Counted from the whole stretch's first letter, positions 37,668 through 47,194 are shown. The stretch is DNA of 63,957 bases, filler included, from Caldilineae bacterium (GCA_037446815.1; 9 parts of 9 records of this genome joined end to end with filler, not necessarily neighbours in it); one strand, 5' to 3'. Notes: generated by a model from the letters alone, not told the origin. Numbers and translations are program-made.

Positions 37668-38257
37668 GGGCCAAACCGGCGCGTCCTCACGGGGATGTCC
37701 GGGTTTTCCGCGTCCTGTCCCCAATTGATCGGGTTGTTCTGGATGTATTCGCGGATGGCGTTCCATTCGCGGTCGTTGCGGATGATGCGTTCGTAATAAT
37801 TGCGTTGCCATACGGGCGCCCCCGGCGTCCCGCGGATTTCGTTGATGCGTTTCGCAACGGCCGATTTGAACGAACCGATTATCGCGCCCAGGGATTGCGG
37901 AATCGGGCCGCGGGGCCGGTCGGTCGTAGGGGCGACGCATGCGTCGCCCCTACCGCATGCGTCGCCCCTACCGCATGCGTCGCCCCGAATCACAATAATC
38001 CCGTGCACGTGGTTCGGCATCACCGCGAACGCATCCAAATCCACGTGCGGATAATGGCGGGGCAAATCGCGCCAACACGCGGCGACGATTTCCCCGCATT
38101 CGTTCTGTATCATGCGCCCATCGGCCACATGGCCGAACGCGCATTCGCGGCCGTGGGCGACGATGGTAACGAAATACGCGCCCGCGTCGCGGTAATCCCA
38201 CCCGCGCAGGCGGATGGATCGGCGGTGGTGAATGTCCGGGTCGTATCGCGTTGGCAT
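37664..38257 (-). CDS. REP-associated tyrosine transposase (RAYT/TnpA-REP, Y1 HUH)
   Basis: RRSIRL.GWDY...GAYFVT, MPNHVHGI (HUH), WQRNYYE.IIRN, YIQNNP (catalytic Tyr); flanked by GTAG REPs. Confidence 0.92.
   Translation of the reverse strand: MPTRYDPDIHHRRSIRLRGWDYRDAGAYFVTIVAHGRECAFGHVADGRMIQNECGEIVAACWRDLPRHYPHVDLDAFAVMPNHVHGIIVIRGDACGRGDACGRGDACVAPTTDRPRGPIPQSLGAIIGSFKSAVAKRINEIRGTPGAPVWQRNYYERIIRNDREWNAIREYIQNNPINWGQDAENPDIPVRTRRFGP
37926..37986. repeat. REP with 18-bp tandem amplification inside RAYT ORF
   Basis: Full REP 37926-37953, then CGCATGCGTCGCCCCTAC and a partial third copy. Confidence 0.9.
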
Positions 38258-38305
38258 CGCACGCCGTCCTTTCGTTGCGCATCAGGCCATCGGGGCCGGC
38301 CGGTC

Positions 38306-38371
38306 GTAGGGGCGACGCATGCGTCGCCCCTACCGCATGCGTCGCCCCTACCCGCCCCTACACACCCCTAC
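38306..38371. repeat. REP plus decaying half-repeats upstream of RAYT
   Basis: Full REP 38306-38333, 18-bp half copy, then CCCCTAC remnants. Confidence 0.88.
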
Positions 38372-39255
38372 GGCGCGGGGAAGCCCCACGGCTCCTTGCG
38401 CGGCTTCCACTCCGTCGGGTTGCCCCAGTCGGTGGCCTTCCACGGCATGTTCTCCGGCCTCACCAGCGGCAACACCTCGCGGAAAAAGGCCAGGCGCTCC
38501 GGGCCGGTCATGGGCGTGAACCCCTCGGCCACTGCCAGGTCGGCCTCCAACTCGGCCATGGTGGAGCAGCCCACGATGACGGTGGTCAGCGGCAACGCCA
38601 GCGCGTACCGCAGCGCCCGGTCCGCCACATGGGCCAGCGCCTTGTAGCCGAAGATCTTCATGCCCACGACGCCCACGCCCCGGCTCTGGGCGAAGGGCAG
38701 GAACTCCTCGGCGAAGGAGTAGATGAAATGGTCCAGCACCGACACGGCCACCAGCGCGGTGTCAAAGGGGAAGCGGCGCAACGCCTCAATCTGCACCTGC
38801 GGGTCGGTGTGGCCCGAGATGCTGATGAACCGCACCAGGCCCTCGTCGCGGGCGCGGATGGCCGCCTCCAGCGCGCCGCCCGGGCCGGTCATGGCGTCCA
38901 GCCGCGCGAAGTCGTACACGTTATGCAGCCGCCACTCGTCCACGTAGTCGGTCTGGAGGCGGGCCAAGCTCTGCTCCAGTTGGCGGCGCGCGCCGTCCCG
39001 CGTTACGTCCCACGTCTTCGTGGCGATCCACATCTCCTTGCGGCGGTGCTTGGCGACCAGGCCCACGCGCTGCTCGCTCTGGCCCTTGGAGTAAATCCAC
39101 GCGGTGTCAAAGTAGCGGATGCCTCGGTCAATGGCCGTGTTGAGGATGGCGACGGCCTGCTCCTCGTTGCAGCCCTCCTCGTCCACCAGGCGCTGGCAGC
39201 CCAGGCTCAAGATGGGCAGATGGGCGCCGGTCTTGCCGAACGGTCGTGTTTCCAT
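38368..39255 (-). CDS. Aldo/keto reductase
   Basis: RPFGKTG, GIRYFDTA..Y, ATK, SL.RLQTDYVD, ISGH, MK. Confidence 0.9.
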   Translation of the reverse strand: METRPFGKTGAHLPILSLGCQRLVDEEGCNEEQAVAILNTAIDRGIRYFDTAWIYSKGQSEQRVGLVAKHRRKEMWIATKTWDVTRDGARRQLEQSLARLQTDYVDEWRLHNVYDFARLDAMTGPGGALEAAIRARDEGLVRFISISGHTDPQVQIEALRRFPFDTALVAVSVLDHFIYSFAEEFLPFAQSRGVGVVGMKIFGYKALAHVADRALRYALALPLTTVIVGCSTMAELEADLAVAEGFTPMTGPERLAFFREVLPLVRPENMPWKATDWGNPTEWKPRKEPWGFPAP

Positions 39256-39359
39256 CGGTTGCCTCCTTCCAGGGAACACAGGTTTGCCGCTCTGCGCCGA
39301 CTGCGCTTCGCGGCGCCCTGCTATTGTAGCAGAATCGGCGCGGGAACGCTACAGGTGTC

Positions 39360-39700
39360 GCAACCGCGAATAACACGAACCCACGCGAATGGGGCTGGGG
39401 TGAGGGGCGCAAGCCCGCTGAGCGCACAAAGCCCCTGCGGGGCTTTTCACCACTCAGCGCGGCGGCTTTAGCCCCGCGCTATGCCCGGGTCATCCACGAA
39501 TAACACGAATCCACGCGAATGTAGGACAGGCCAAGCGCGGCGGCTTTAGCCCCGCGCTGTGCCCGCGCATGTAGGGGCGACCGGCCGGTCGCCCCTACAT
39601 GCATATTCGCGTGAATCGCGGTTCAGGGGTCTGTCATTCTGAGCGGCGGAGGGCGAAGAATCTCGCAACCCGAGACCCTTCGCTCCGCTCAGGGTGACAG
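39360..39700. repeat. Mosaic REP-like cluster
   Basis: GTAGGGGCGACCGGCCGGTCGCCCCTAC (39571-39598), two GCGCGGCGGCTTTAGCCCCGCGC, CACGAAT repeats, GTCATTCTGAG...GGTGACA. Confidence 0.75.
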
Positions 39701-39735
39701 GACCGGGTTGCGTTTCCCCAAGGACCCGCGCTGTT

Positions 39736-40671
39736 CTACCGCACCAGCCACACCCACCGCTGCGCGCGGTCGTCCAGGCGGTGCAGGCCGGCTTGCCGCG
39801 CCGTGCGGACGGCGGCGCGGTACTCCTCGGGCGTGATGCGGCGATTGAGCGGCGGGAGCGAATGGGCATTGTAGCAGGGGCGGTACTGATCCATCACGTT
39901 GATGTAGGTGTCACGCGAGACCGACTCGGCCAGGAAGCGGGCGATCTCCTCCGTGCCGGCCAGCCCCTCAGGCAGCACCAGGTGGCGCACCAGCAGCCCG
40001 CGCACGGCGATGCCCCGCTCGTCCATGACGAGGTCGCCCACCTGCCGATGCATCTCCTTGACCGCGGCCTGGTTCACGGCGGGATAGTTGGGGACCTTGG
40101 AGTACCGCTCGGCGATTTCGGCGTCGGCGTACTTCATGTCGGGCATGTAGATGTCCACAACCCCGTCCAGCAGCGCCAGGGTTTCCAGGGCGTCGTACCC
40201 GCCGGTGTTGTACACCAGGGGCAGGCGCAGACCCCGCTCGGCGGCAATCGCAAGCGCCGCCAGAATCTGCGGCACCACATGCGTCGGCGACACAAGGTTC
40301 ACGTTGTGGCAGCCCATCTCCTGCAGGCGCAGGAAGATGGCGGCCAGATGGTCGGTGCGGACGGGACGGCCTTCGCCCAACTGGCTGATTTCGTAGTTCT
40401 GGCAGAACTGGCAGCGCAGGTTGCAGTGGGTGAAGAAGACGGTGCCCGAGCCGCCCACGCCGACAAGGGGGGCCTCCTCGCCGTAGTGTGGGCCGAAACT
40501 GGAGATGACGGCCTCCTCGCCCGTGCGACAGGTGCCCAGTTCGCCCGCGCGGCGGTTCACCCCACAGCGCCGGGGGCAGATGTCGCACCGCTCCAGGCGG
40601 CGGTAGGCCTCGGCCACGCGCTCCTTCAGTTCGCCGGAGCGCAGCAGCGAAAGGTATGCCGGGTCTCTCAT
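39736..40671 (-). CDS. Radical SAM protein, PflX-like
   Basis: CDICPRRC, HYGEE, SGTVFFTHCNLRCQFCQN (CxxxCxxC), NLVSPTH, YMPDMKY, RHLVLP. Confidence 0.9.
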   Translation of the reverse strand: MRDPAYLSLLRSGELKERVAEAYRRLERCDICPRRCGVNRRAGELGTCRTGEEAVISSFGPHYGEEAPLVGVGGSGTVFFTHCNLRCQFCQNYEISQLGEGRPVRTDHLAAIFLRLQEMGCHNVNLVSPTHVVPQILAALAIAAERGLRLPLVYNTGGYDALETLALLDGVVDIYMPDMKYADAEIAERYSKVPNYPAVNQAAVKEMHRQVGDLVMDERGIAVRGLLVRHLVLPEGLAGTEEIARFLAESVSRDTYINVMDQYRPCYNAHSLPPLNRRITPEEYRAAVRTARQAGLHRLDDRAQRWVWLVR

Positions 40672-40672
40672 G

Positions 40673-41224
40673 CTACCAATTCACGGGCACGCGCACGTCG
40701 CCTTTGTACCGGTCGCGCAGGAGCACGTACCCGCGCTCCTTGCCGAACTTGTACAGATCGTAGGTTACCTGAACGTCCTGCTTGCAGTATTGCGCGAGGC
40801 GCTCCAGGTTGCCCTCGCGGAACCATCGGACGGCGTCCAGCCCGTTGCCCAACTTGCCGACGCCCAGGGTCGCCGACGCCAGGTCCTCCAGTTTGGGCCG
40901 GAAGCCCAGGGTCTCGTACAGGGGTATCATCAAATCCAGCGTCCGCGTGCCATCGCTGACGGGAAAGAGGGTGTACCCGAGGAGCACCTCGTAGTCAAAC
41001 CGCACGATGTTGTAGCCGATGACGAGGTCGGCGGCGTTCAGGGCGGCGACGAGTTGAGCCGCATCCTGCTCATAGTAGGTGGTGAAGCGATCGCAGTCCG
41101 GGCAGTAGGTAACGGCGACGGACATGCGCATATCGCGAATGTGATTCCACCCGCCGACTTCGTCGGCCAGATACTGCGTCTCCAGGTCAAAGACAAGGGT
41201 CTTGCACCGCCGCTCGCGACGCAT
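40673..41224 (-). CDS. YprB/RNase H-like DEDD exonuclease domain protein
   Basis: FDLETQ, GYNIVRFD, LDL, YCKQDV acidic motifs. Confidence 0.8.
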   Translation of the reverse strand: MRRERRCKTLVFDLETQYLADEVGGWNHIRDMRMSVAVTYCPDCDRFTTYYEQDAAQLVAALNAADLVIGYNIVRFDYEVLLGYTLFPVSDGTRTLDLMIPLYETLGFRPKLEDLASATLGVGKLGNGLDAVRWFREGNLERLAQYCKQDVQVTYDLYKFGKERGYVLLRDRYKGDVRVPVNW

Positions 41225-41227
41225 ATC

Positions 41228-41569
41228 CTACGCCTCATCTCCGTTGGGTTCTTCGCGCGCGTTGGTGAGGAGTTCGTAGTAGTCCAGGCTCGGGCAGAAG
41301 AGTTCCACGGCGTACTCGGCGGGCAGGCCCATGGGCTCGCACAGTTCGGCGAGAATCGCGGTGGCGAGCGCCTTCAGGTCCTTGGCGGCAATGCGCTTGG
41401 CCGCCTCCTCCCAGATGAGGAACGTGCCGTACATGGCCTCGGGCACGATGTGCAGGTCAATCTTGCCGACGCTGGCCGGGTCGCCGTTCTCATCCAGGCG
41501 GTCCAGGTCAAACAGGGCATACTGCTCCGAGGAAGGGGTGCGCACCAGGCGGCGGAGTTTCAGGTTCAT
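41228..41569 (-). CDS. Hypothetical protein
   Basis: RBS GGAGG, tight operon spacing, host-like codon use. Confidence 0.7.
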   Translation of the reverse strand: MNLKLRRLVRTPSSEQYALFDLDRLDENGDPASVGKIDLHIVPEAMYGTFLIWEEAAKRIAAKDLKALATAILAELCEPMGLPAEYAVELFCPSLDYYELLTNAREEPNGDEA

Positions 41570-41584
41570 ACGGCCTCCGTGCGG

Positions 41585-42661
41585 TTAGTTCCAGCGGTCG
41601 CGGCCCCAGTCGTCCTCGTCCTCGTCCTCGTCGTCGGCATCCTCATCGTCGGCCTCGTCCTCATCCTCGTCCCACCCCTCAAACAACTCGTCTACGCCAA
41701 TTCCGGACGCTGCGCTCAAGACCTCCTCCAACTCCGCCGCAAGCGGGGATAGGGGGTCCACCTCAAACATGGCGATTTCCAGGGCGTCCAACGCGGCCTC
41801 GCGGGTAACCTCGTCCGCGCTGCGCGCCAGTTCCAACAATGCCTGGAGGGCGCGCTCCCCGCCGATGAGGCCCAGGGAAGTGATGGCAGCGATGCGCACT
41901 TCGGCGTCGGCGTCGTGCGCCAAATCCAGCAGCATCGGGAGGGCGTCCGTGAGTCTGAGTTCGCCCGCGGCATGGGCCGCTTCGTAGCGCATCTCGGGAC
42001 GCGGGTTCTTGAGTTCCCTAAGGACGTAGGGCGCCCACGCCTCATCCAGCGTCTGTCCCATGGCGTAGACCGCGCTGGCGTTCATGCGCTCGTCCGTATC
42101 GCTGTACGCCGCCCGAATCATCTCGGGGACTTCATCCACGGAGAGGAACGAGAGGGATTCTAGAGCGCGGCGGCGGACCTCCACGTCCTCGTCCGGCGAG
42201 TTCCACACGGCGACGAGCGCCCGACGGACATACTCGGTCGCGTCGGGGTTCAAATCCCCCAGTTCGCCCGCATTGGCGAACCTGCTCAGACTCGCGGCGG
42301 CCTCGGCGCGGACCGCCACCGATGGGTCGGACTTCATCATGTCAACGAGGGTGGGGATGAAATCCTCCTCCATGTAGTCCCACAGCCCCTGGAGGGCTGC
42401 GACGCGCACCTGCGCATCCGAGTCGCCCACCGCCACCAAGAAAACGTCTTCAAACGTTAACGTGGCATCGTCTTCGGCCATTTCCACCAGGGCGGTGATC
42501 AGGCGTCGGCGCTTTTCCACGGGGATGCGGGGCCATGCCTCACGGAGCGCGCGCTCGTCTTCTCTGTCCAGATAGGTCAACAAGCCCAGTTCCACGCGCC
42601 GCGGGAAACTGGCGGTTTCGCTTTGCAGTACCTCCAGCATTTCGCGAATGTCGGGATCCAC
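41585..42661 (-). CDS. HEAT repeat protein with acidic tail
   Basis: Repeated D.D..VR..A...L motifs; GTG start after AAGGAGG. Confidence 0.85.
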   Translation of the reverse strand: MDPDIREMLEVLQSETASFPRRVELGLLTYLDREDERALREAWPRIPVEKRRRLITALVEMAEDDATLTFEDVFLVAVGDSDAQVRVAALQGLWDYMEEDFIPTLVDMMKSDPSVAVRAEAAASLSRFANAGELGDLNPDATEYVRRALVAVWNSPDEDVEVRRRALESLSFLSVDEVPEMIRAAYSDTDERMNASAVYAMGQTLDEAWAPYVLRELKNPRPEMRYEAAHAAGELRLTDALPMLLDLAHDADAEVRIAAITSLGLIGGERALQALLELARSADEVTREAALDALEIAMFEVDPLSPLAAELEEVLSAASGIGVDELFEGWDEDEDEADDEDADDEDEDEDDWGRDRWN

Positions 42662-42770
42662 GAATTCCTCCTTTCGTAGTCCTGCGCGGGGAGATTCTCG
42701 TCCCCGCGCCAATTGTGGCCACGTCTATTGTACCCCAAACCGCACAAACGTGCATCTTGGACGTGTGGGC

Positions 42771-42920
42771 GAGTCGGTTTCATCTTGTGTTGGTGAAACG
42801 CATGGACACTCTCCTCGTGTGTCGTTGCGAGCGAAGCGAAGCAACCTCACGCCCCAGAGATTGCCTCGGGCGCTCCGCGCCCTCGCAATGACAAATACCA
42901 ACAGACTTTGGAACCGAATC
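42771..42920 (+). mobile_element. MITE (150 bp) with 23-bp imperfect TIRs and 8-bp TSD GTGTGGGC
   Basis: GAGTCGGTTTCATCTTGTGTTGG ... CCAACAGACTTTGGAACCGAATC; GTGTGGGC at 42763-42770 and 42921-42928. Confidence 0.88.
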
Positions 42921-42934
42921 GTGTGGGCGCGCGG

Positions 42935-43588
42935 CTACTGCGCGGCGTCCAGCAACAGGTCGTCCAGGACGGTGGCCAGGTGCTCTTCGCTGTCAAAGGC
43001 GAGGTACAGGGGGCCGCGCGTCTTGGGCCCCTCGGCCTCGTAGGCGATGCGCAGCGCCGGCCGGACGCGCCCGCCGAACGCCATCTGGCCCGTTTGCAGC
43101 GAGCGAATGTGGCGCGGCTGGAAGAAGGCGTACCACATCCCGCACAGATGCTTGGGCGTCTTCGCCAACAGCAGGAATCGCGACAGCGGATTCCACACGA
43201 TGACGATGTGCTCGCGGGTCTCCACGGTCTCAAACCAGGCGCGGGCGTCGGCCAGGTAGTGGGTCATGCCGCTGACCTCAAAGAAACCCGTGGCGCGCGC
43301 GGGGACCTTCTCCTCGGGCCGAAGGGGCTTGCCGGGCGTCGTCGGGCGCGCGGTATCGGGCCGGAAGACCACGTAGCCGTTGCGCGCGCCCACGGCGATG
43401 GCGACCAGGAGCGCCACGGCCAGCACCGCCGCCGCGATGCTCCACCCACTCACCGGCACGCGCCCCAGGATGAGCAGCGTCGGCCACCCGATGGCAAAGG
43501 CCAGCAGGTACCACGCCAGCGGGATGCCCGCGATGCGGTGCCTCGTGAAGTTGTACGAAATCCATCCCAGCAAGCCCAGCAAGCGCAT
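42935..43588 (-). CDS. Hypothetical membrane protein
   Basis: Two N-terminal TM segments and a soluble domain; follows the LOG gene in operon. Confidence 0.7.
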   Translation of the reverse strand: MRLLGLLGWISYNFTRHRIAGIPLAWYLLAFAIGWPTLLILGRVPVSGWSIAAAVLAVALLVAIAVGARNGYVVFRPDTARPTTPGKPLRPEEKVPARATGFFEVSGMTHYLADARAWFETVETREHIVIVWNPLSRFLLLAKTPKHLCGMWYAFFQPRHIRSLQTGQMAFGGRVRPALRIAYEAEGPKTRGPLYLAFDSEEHLATVLDDLLLDAAQ

Positions 43589-43595
43589 GTTCCCC

Positions 43596-44147
43596 TCACA
43601 CAACGACGCGCCGCAGCCAGTCGGCGGCCTGGGCAGCGTCGGCCGCCACATACACCGGCGACAGGTCGTCGGGTCGCACCAGGAAGTGCGCGCGGACGGC
43701 GTCTAGGTACGCCCGCCAGCATTCCCCCAGCAGCACCACCGGCCGGGGCGCCAGTTCGCCGATTTGCAGCAGGCTCAGTGTGATGGAGACCTCCGACAGC
43801 GTGCCGATGCCTCCCTGGAGGGCCACGAAGCCGCTGGCCCGGCGCGTGAGTTCGGCCAGTCTGCCCAGATAGTCGGGCGCCTTGTGCTCCGCGTTCAGGT
43901 ACGCATTCGGACGGAGCGCCATGCGGTCAAAGGTGGCCAGGGTGATGCCGATGGCCTGGCCGCCGGCCTCCTGCGCCCCTCGGCTCACCGCTTCCATCGT
44001 GCCGCCGTACCCGCCATTGATGACGCCGAACCCGGCTTCGGCCAAGCGGCGGCCCAGTTCGCGAGCCTGGCGGTACAGGGCGCTGTCGGGCGCGGCCTGC
44101 GAACCGCCGAACACGGTGATGTAGCGAGGCGTTGCATCGGATGGCAT
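43596..44147 (-). CDS. LOG family (Rossmann-fold nucleotide-binding) protein
   Basis: VFGGS, NGGYGGTMEAVSRGA, GGIGTLSE. Confidence 0.88.
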   Translation of the reverse strand: MPSDATPRYITVFGGSQAAPDSALYRQARELGRRLAEAGFGVINGGYGGTMEAVSRGAQEAGGQAIGITLATFDRMALRPNAYLNAEHKAPDYLGRLAELTRRASGFVALQGGIGTLSEVSITLSLLQIGELAPRPVVLLGECWRAYLDAVRAHFLVRPDDLSPVYVAADAAQAADWLRRVVV

Positions 44148-44150
44148 GGG

Positions 44151-44717
44151 TCAGTCTCCTGCTTCGGTGTCGGCGACGCAGTAGAAGCAGAGTTCCGTGC
44201 TGCCGTACCGCCGCCGGTCGGCGAGCCGCAGGCGTGCGAGCGGCAGTTCGGCGTACTCCTTCGGGTGAATCTGGGCGATGACGAGGGCGCCAGGCGCCAG
44301 CACGTCGGCCTCGTCCAGCGCCGTCAGCGCCTTGGCCCACAGGCCCTGGTACTGGGGCGGTGCCACGTACACGATATCAAAGGCTTCCCTGCCCGAAGCC
44401 TGGCGCAGGAGTTTGAAGGCGTCCTGCCGCACGACGCGGGCGCGCTCGGCTAGGCCGGTGGCCTCCAGGTTGGCCTTGATGGTCTGGATGGCCTGCCATT
44501 CGCGGTCCACGAACCAAACCTCGCGCGCGCCGCGGCTGAGCGCCTCAATGCCCACGCTGCCGGTCCCCGCGAACAGGTCCAGCACCCGCGCGTCCACCAC
44601 GTCCTGCGCCAGGATGTTGAACAGGGCCTCCTTGACGCGGTCGGTGATGGGTCGGGTGGTCTGACCCGGCACGGACGCCAGTTTTCTGCCTTTGGCCGTT
44701 CCCGTGATTACGCGCAT
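44151..44717 (-). CDS. rsmD: 16S rRNA m2G966 methyltransferase
   Basis: MRVITG.AKGRKL, RP.TDRVKEALFN, LDLFAGTGSVGIEALSRGA, PPQY. Confidence 0.93.
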   Translation of the reverse strand: MRVITGTAKGRKLASVPGQTTRPITDRVKEALFNILAQDVVDARVLDLFAGTGSVGIEALSRGAREVWFVDREWQAIQTIKANLEATGLAERARVVRQDAFKLLRQASGREAFDIVYVAPPQYQGLWAKALTALDEADVLAPGALVIAQIHPKEYAELPLARLRLADRRRYGSTELCFYCVADTEAGD

Positions 44718-44788
44718 GGCCCTACCTGAAACAAAGAACGCGGGCGCAGGCCCGCAAACGACGACTGCCGCATCCCCACTCGGCTCAC

Positions 44789-44817
44789 AGTATACAGGCG
44801 CGCGTCGGGGGCGTCAA
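44789..44817 (-). promoter_or_regulatory. Sigma70-type promoter of rsmD operon
   Basis: TTGACG-17bp-TATACT on minus strand. Confidence 0.55.
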
Positions 44818-44831
44818 GTGCGCGAGTTGAT

Positions 44832-44931
44832 NNNNNNNNNNNNNNNNNNNNNNNNNNNNNNNNNNNNNNNNNNNNTTAATTAATTAANNNNNNNNNNNNN
44901 NNNNNNNNNNNNNNNNNNNNNNNNNNNNNNN
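44832..44931. other. Artificial contig linker
   Basis: N44-TTAATTAATTAA-N44. Confidence 0.98.
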
Positions 44932-45146
44932 AGAGGGCTGGGGTGAGGGCCATGCCCCCTCGCCCACAACTGTCATTCCGAGCGGCGAAGCCGCGAGGAA
45001 TCTCGCAGCCCGAGACCCTTCGCTTCGCTCAGGGTGACAGGACCGGGCCCTGCCCTCCAGGGCCATGTCCCCACAACTGTCATTCCGAGCGGCGAAGCCG
45101 CGAGGAATCTCCCACCCCTATCCGCCCAATCCGTCCAATCCGTGGA
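44932..45146. repeat. Mosaic REP-like cluster
   Basis: Two CACAACTGTCATTCCGAGCGGCGAAGCCGCGAGGAATCTC modules plus ATCCG repeats. Confidence 0.75.
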
Positions 45147-45164
45147 TGCCGTTTCCTAGTCGTC

Positions 45165-45608
45165 TCACGCTCCCCCGTGGCCCAGGTCAGAGGTGCAGAA
45201 CGGGCAGCGCGTCGCCTTGATGGGAATCTTGGAAAGGCAGAATGGGCAATCCTTTGTCGTCGGCTCGGCGGGCACGGGCTTGACCGCCAAGCGGTTCACG
45301 GCGCGCACCAGCAGGAACACGGCGAAGGCCACGATGATGAAATCCAGCACCGTGTTCAGGAAGATGCCGTAGTTGATCGTCGCTGCGCCCGCTTCCTTGG
45401 CCGCCGCCAGCGAGGGATAGGTCCCGCCGGACAGGTTGATGTACAACTCCGAGAAGTCCACCCCGCCCAGCAGCAAGCCGATGGGCGGCATGATCACGTC
45501 GTTGACCAGCGACGACACGATTTTGCCGAACGCCGCCCCGATGATGATGCCCACCGCCATGTCCACCACATTGCCGCGCATCGCGAACTGCTTGAACTCT
45601 TTGAGCAT
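45165..45608 (-). CDS. mscL: Large-conductance mechanosensitive channel with C-terminal zinc ribbon
   Basis: [29 protein letters not shown]-terminal CPFC...CPFC. Confidence 0.95.
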   Translation of the reverse strand: MLKEFKQFAMRGNVVDMAVGIIIGAAFGKIVSSLVNDVIMPPIGLLLGGVDFSELYINLSGGTYPSLAAAKEAGAATINYGIFLNTVLDFIIVAFAVFLLVRAVNRLAVKPVPAEPTTKDCPFCLSKIPIKATRCPFCTSDLGHGGA

Positions 45609-45921
45609 CTCGCACCTCCCGCACCTTTCTGCATACGCGCCGCGCTGATGGTCTCCTTACTTCCGTGTGGTACGATCTGCGCAAAGACCGCAGGGTTTCT
45701 TTCGCGTTTCCCCTCGCCCTGCAGCGAAGTTCAGCCATTTTCTGTCCATCCACACGCCGGAGGGAGGCGACCGTCGCGTTTGGCGCAGCGCAATTGTACC
45801 CCGGCTGCCCGCCGCGTCAAGGGCGAAAATGACCTTGCGCCTCGCGGCGAATCTGCTATACTGGCCGTGGATTCGGGCAACCGCGGGGCTTCCGGTAATG
45901 TACTCCCGTCCGAGGCGGCGC

Positions 45922-46512
45922 GTGGACACACTCTTCTGGATGGCAGTTGGCTTCCTTTCAGGCTCCATCCCGTTCTCGGTGTGGCTGGGGCGGCTGCTCC
46001 TGCGCGCGGATATCCGCCGGTACGGCGACGGCAACCCGGGCGCGGCCAACGCCTGGCGCGCCGGCGGCTGGCCCATGGGCCTGTTGGTCGGGCTGCTGGA
46101 TTATCTCAAGGGCGGGGTGCCCGTCGGCCTGGCCCATTTCCGCTGGGGCATAGGCGGCCCCGACCTGGCCACCATCGCCCTCTGCCCGGTCCTGGGGCAC
46201 GCTTTCTCCCCGTTCCTGCGATTCCGCGGCGGCAAAGCCATCGCCGTAACCTTCGGCATCTGGACGGGGCTCACCCTGGGCGAGGTGCCCATCATCCTCG
46301 GCGCGCTCCTGGGGATAGGCTTCTTGACCCTCGCAACGGATGCCTACTCGGTCATGTTGAGCATGGTAGGCGTGCTCGCGCACCTTCTTCTGCGAGGACA
46401 CCCGCCGCTCCTCATAGCCGTCTGGATCGGGAACATTTTGGTTCTCGTTTGGAAACACCGCGCGGACCTTCGCCAGAAGCCCCGCCTGCGTCCCTGGCTG
46501 CGGAGACAGTAA
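45922..46512 (+). CDS. plsY: Glycerol-3-phosphate acyltransferase
   Basis: GSIPF, DIR.YGDGNPGAANAWR, LDYLKG, GH.FSPF..FRGGKAIA, KHR. Confidence 0.88.
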   Translation: MDTLFWMAVGFLSGSIPFSVWLGRLLLRADIRRYGDGNPGAANAWRAGGWPMGLLVGLLDYLKGGVPVGLAHFRWGIGGPDLATIALCPVLGHAFSPFLRFRGGKAIAVTFGIWTGLTLGEVPIILGALLGIGFLTLATDAYSVMLSMVGVLAHLLLRGHPPLLIAVWIGNILVLVWKHRADLRQKPRLRPWLRRQ

Positions 46513-46583
46513 CGCTGCGCGCCGAGCATTGCGGACGTCGCCGCTCGGGGGAAGCCCCCATAGCCGCCGCCACATCCCGCCCC

Positions 46584-46617
46584 AAAAGAAAACCCCGCTT
46601 GTGCAGCGGGGCTTTCT
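46584..46617 (-). terminator. Intrinsic terminator after pilin gene (possibly bidirectional)
   Basis: CCCCGCT/AGCGGGG stem followed by TTTTCTTTT on minus strand. Confidence 0.75.
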
Positions 46618-46656
46618 GCTATTCAGTTGTAGAGGTGGGTTTCCGAGTGTTGCGGC

Positions 46657-46803
46657 TTACAGGTTGGAGATGATCGTGCTGAACACGTTGCCGACCGCCG
46701 GGCCAAGCAGCAACAGCACAGCGATCACAACCACAGCGACCAGCACGAGGATCAGAGCGTACTCAACCAACCCCTGGCCTTTCTCCCGCGGCAAGTAGAA
46801 CAT
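46657..46803 (-). CDS. Flp family type IVb/Tad pilin (48 aa; missing from ORF track)
   Basis: MFYLPREKG|QGLVEYALILVLVAVVVIAVLLLLGPAVGNVFSTIISNL; G-x4-EY prepilin motif; RBS AAGGAG. Confidence 0.9.
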   Translation of the reverse strand: MFYLPREKGQGLVEYALILVLVAVVVIAVLLLLGPAVGNVFSTIISNL

Positions 46804-46903
46804 GGTAACGTCTCCTTTCAAACTAAATGGTGGATACTCCGATAATCTAGCCGAATTATAGGACGAGAAACCCGCTCCCGCAATAGGAATAAGGTACTAT
46901 GGT

Positions 46904-47080
46904 GAACTCGCTTCCAAAGCCCGTCTGTCATTGCGAGGGCGCGGAGCGCCCGAAGCAATCTCCGGGGCGCGGGGTTGCTTCGCTTCGCTCGCAACGACAC
47001 ACGGTGACAGGGCCAGGCCCTGCTCCCGCGCCCACAACTGTCATTCCGAGCGGCGGAGAGCGAAGAATCTCGCCGACCGA
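46904..47080. repeat. Degenerate MITE-cargo hairpin and REP-like modules
   Basis: TGTCATTGCGAGGGCGCGGAGCGCCCG...CTCGCAACGACA is nearly the reverse complement of the 42771 MITE cargo. Confidence 0.7.
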
Positions 47081-47194
47081 GAGACTCGCCCTCAGAGGCC
47101 ACAAGTCGGGCGATGGCCTGGGGGCAGAAACAGGCGACGGGGCCAGGTGTGCCCCTGACCCCGTCGGTAGGCCCATTGCGGTCGCGGCGAGGGG

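Noticed and set aside
46529..46798. 89-aa plus-strand ORF
   Set aside because: Antisense to the Flp pilin and crosses its terminator.
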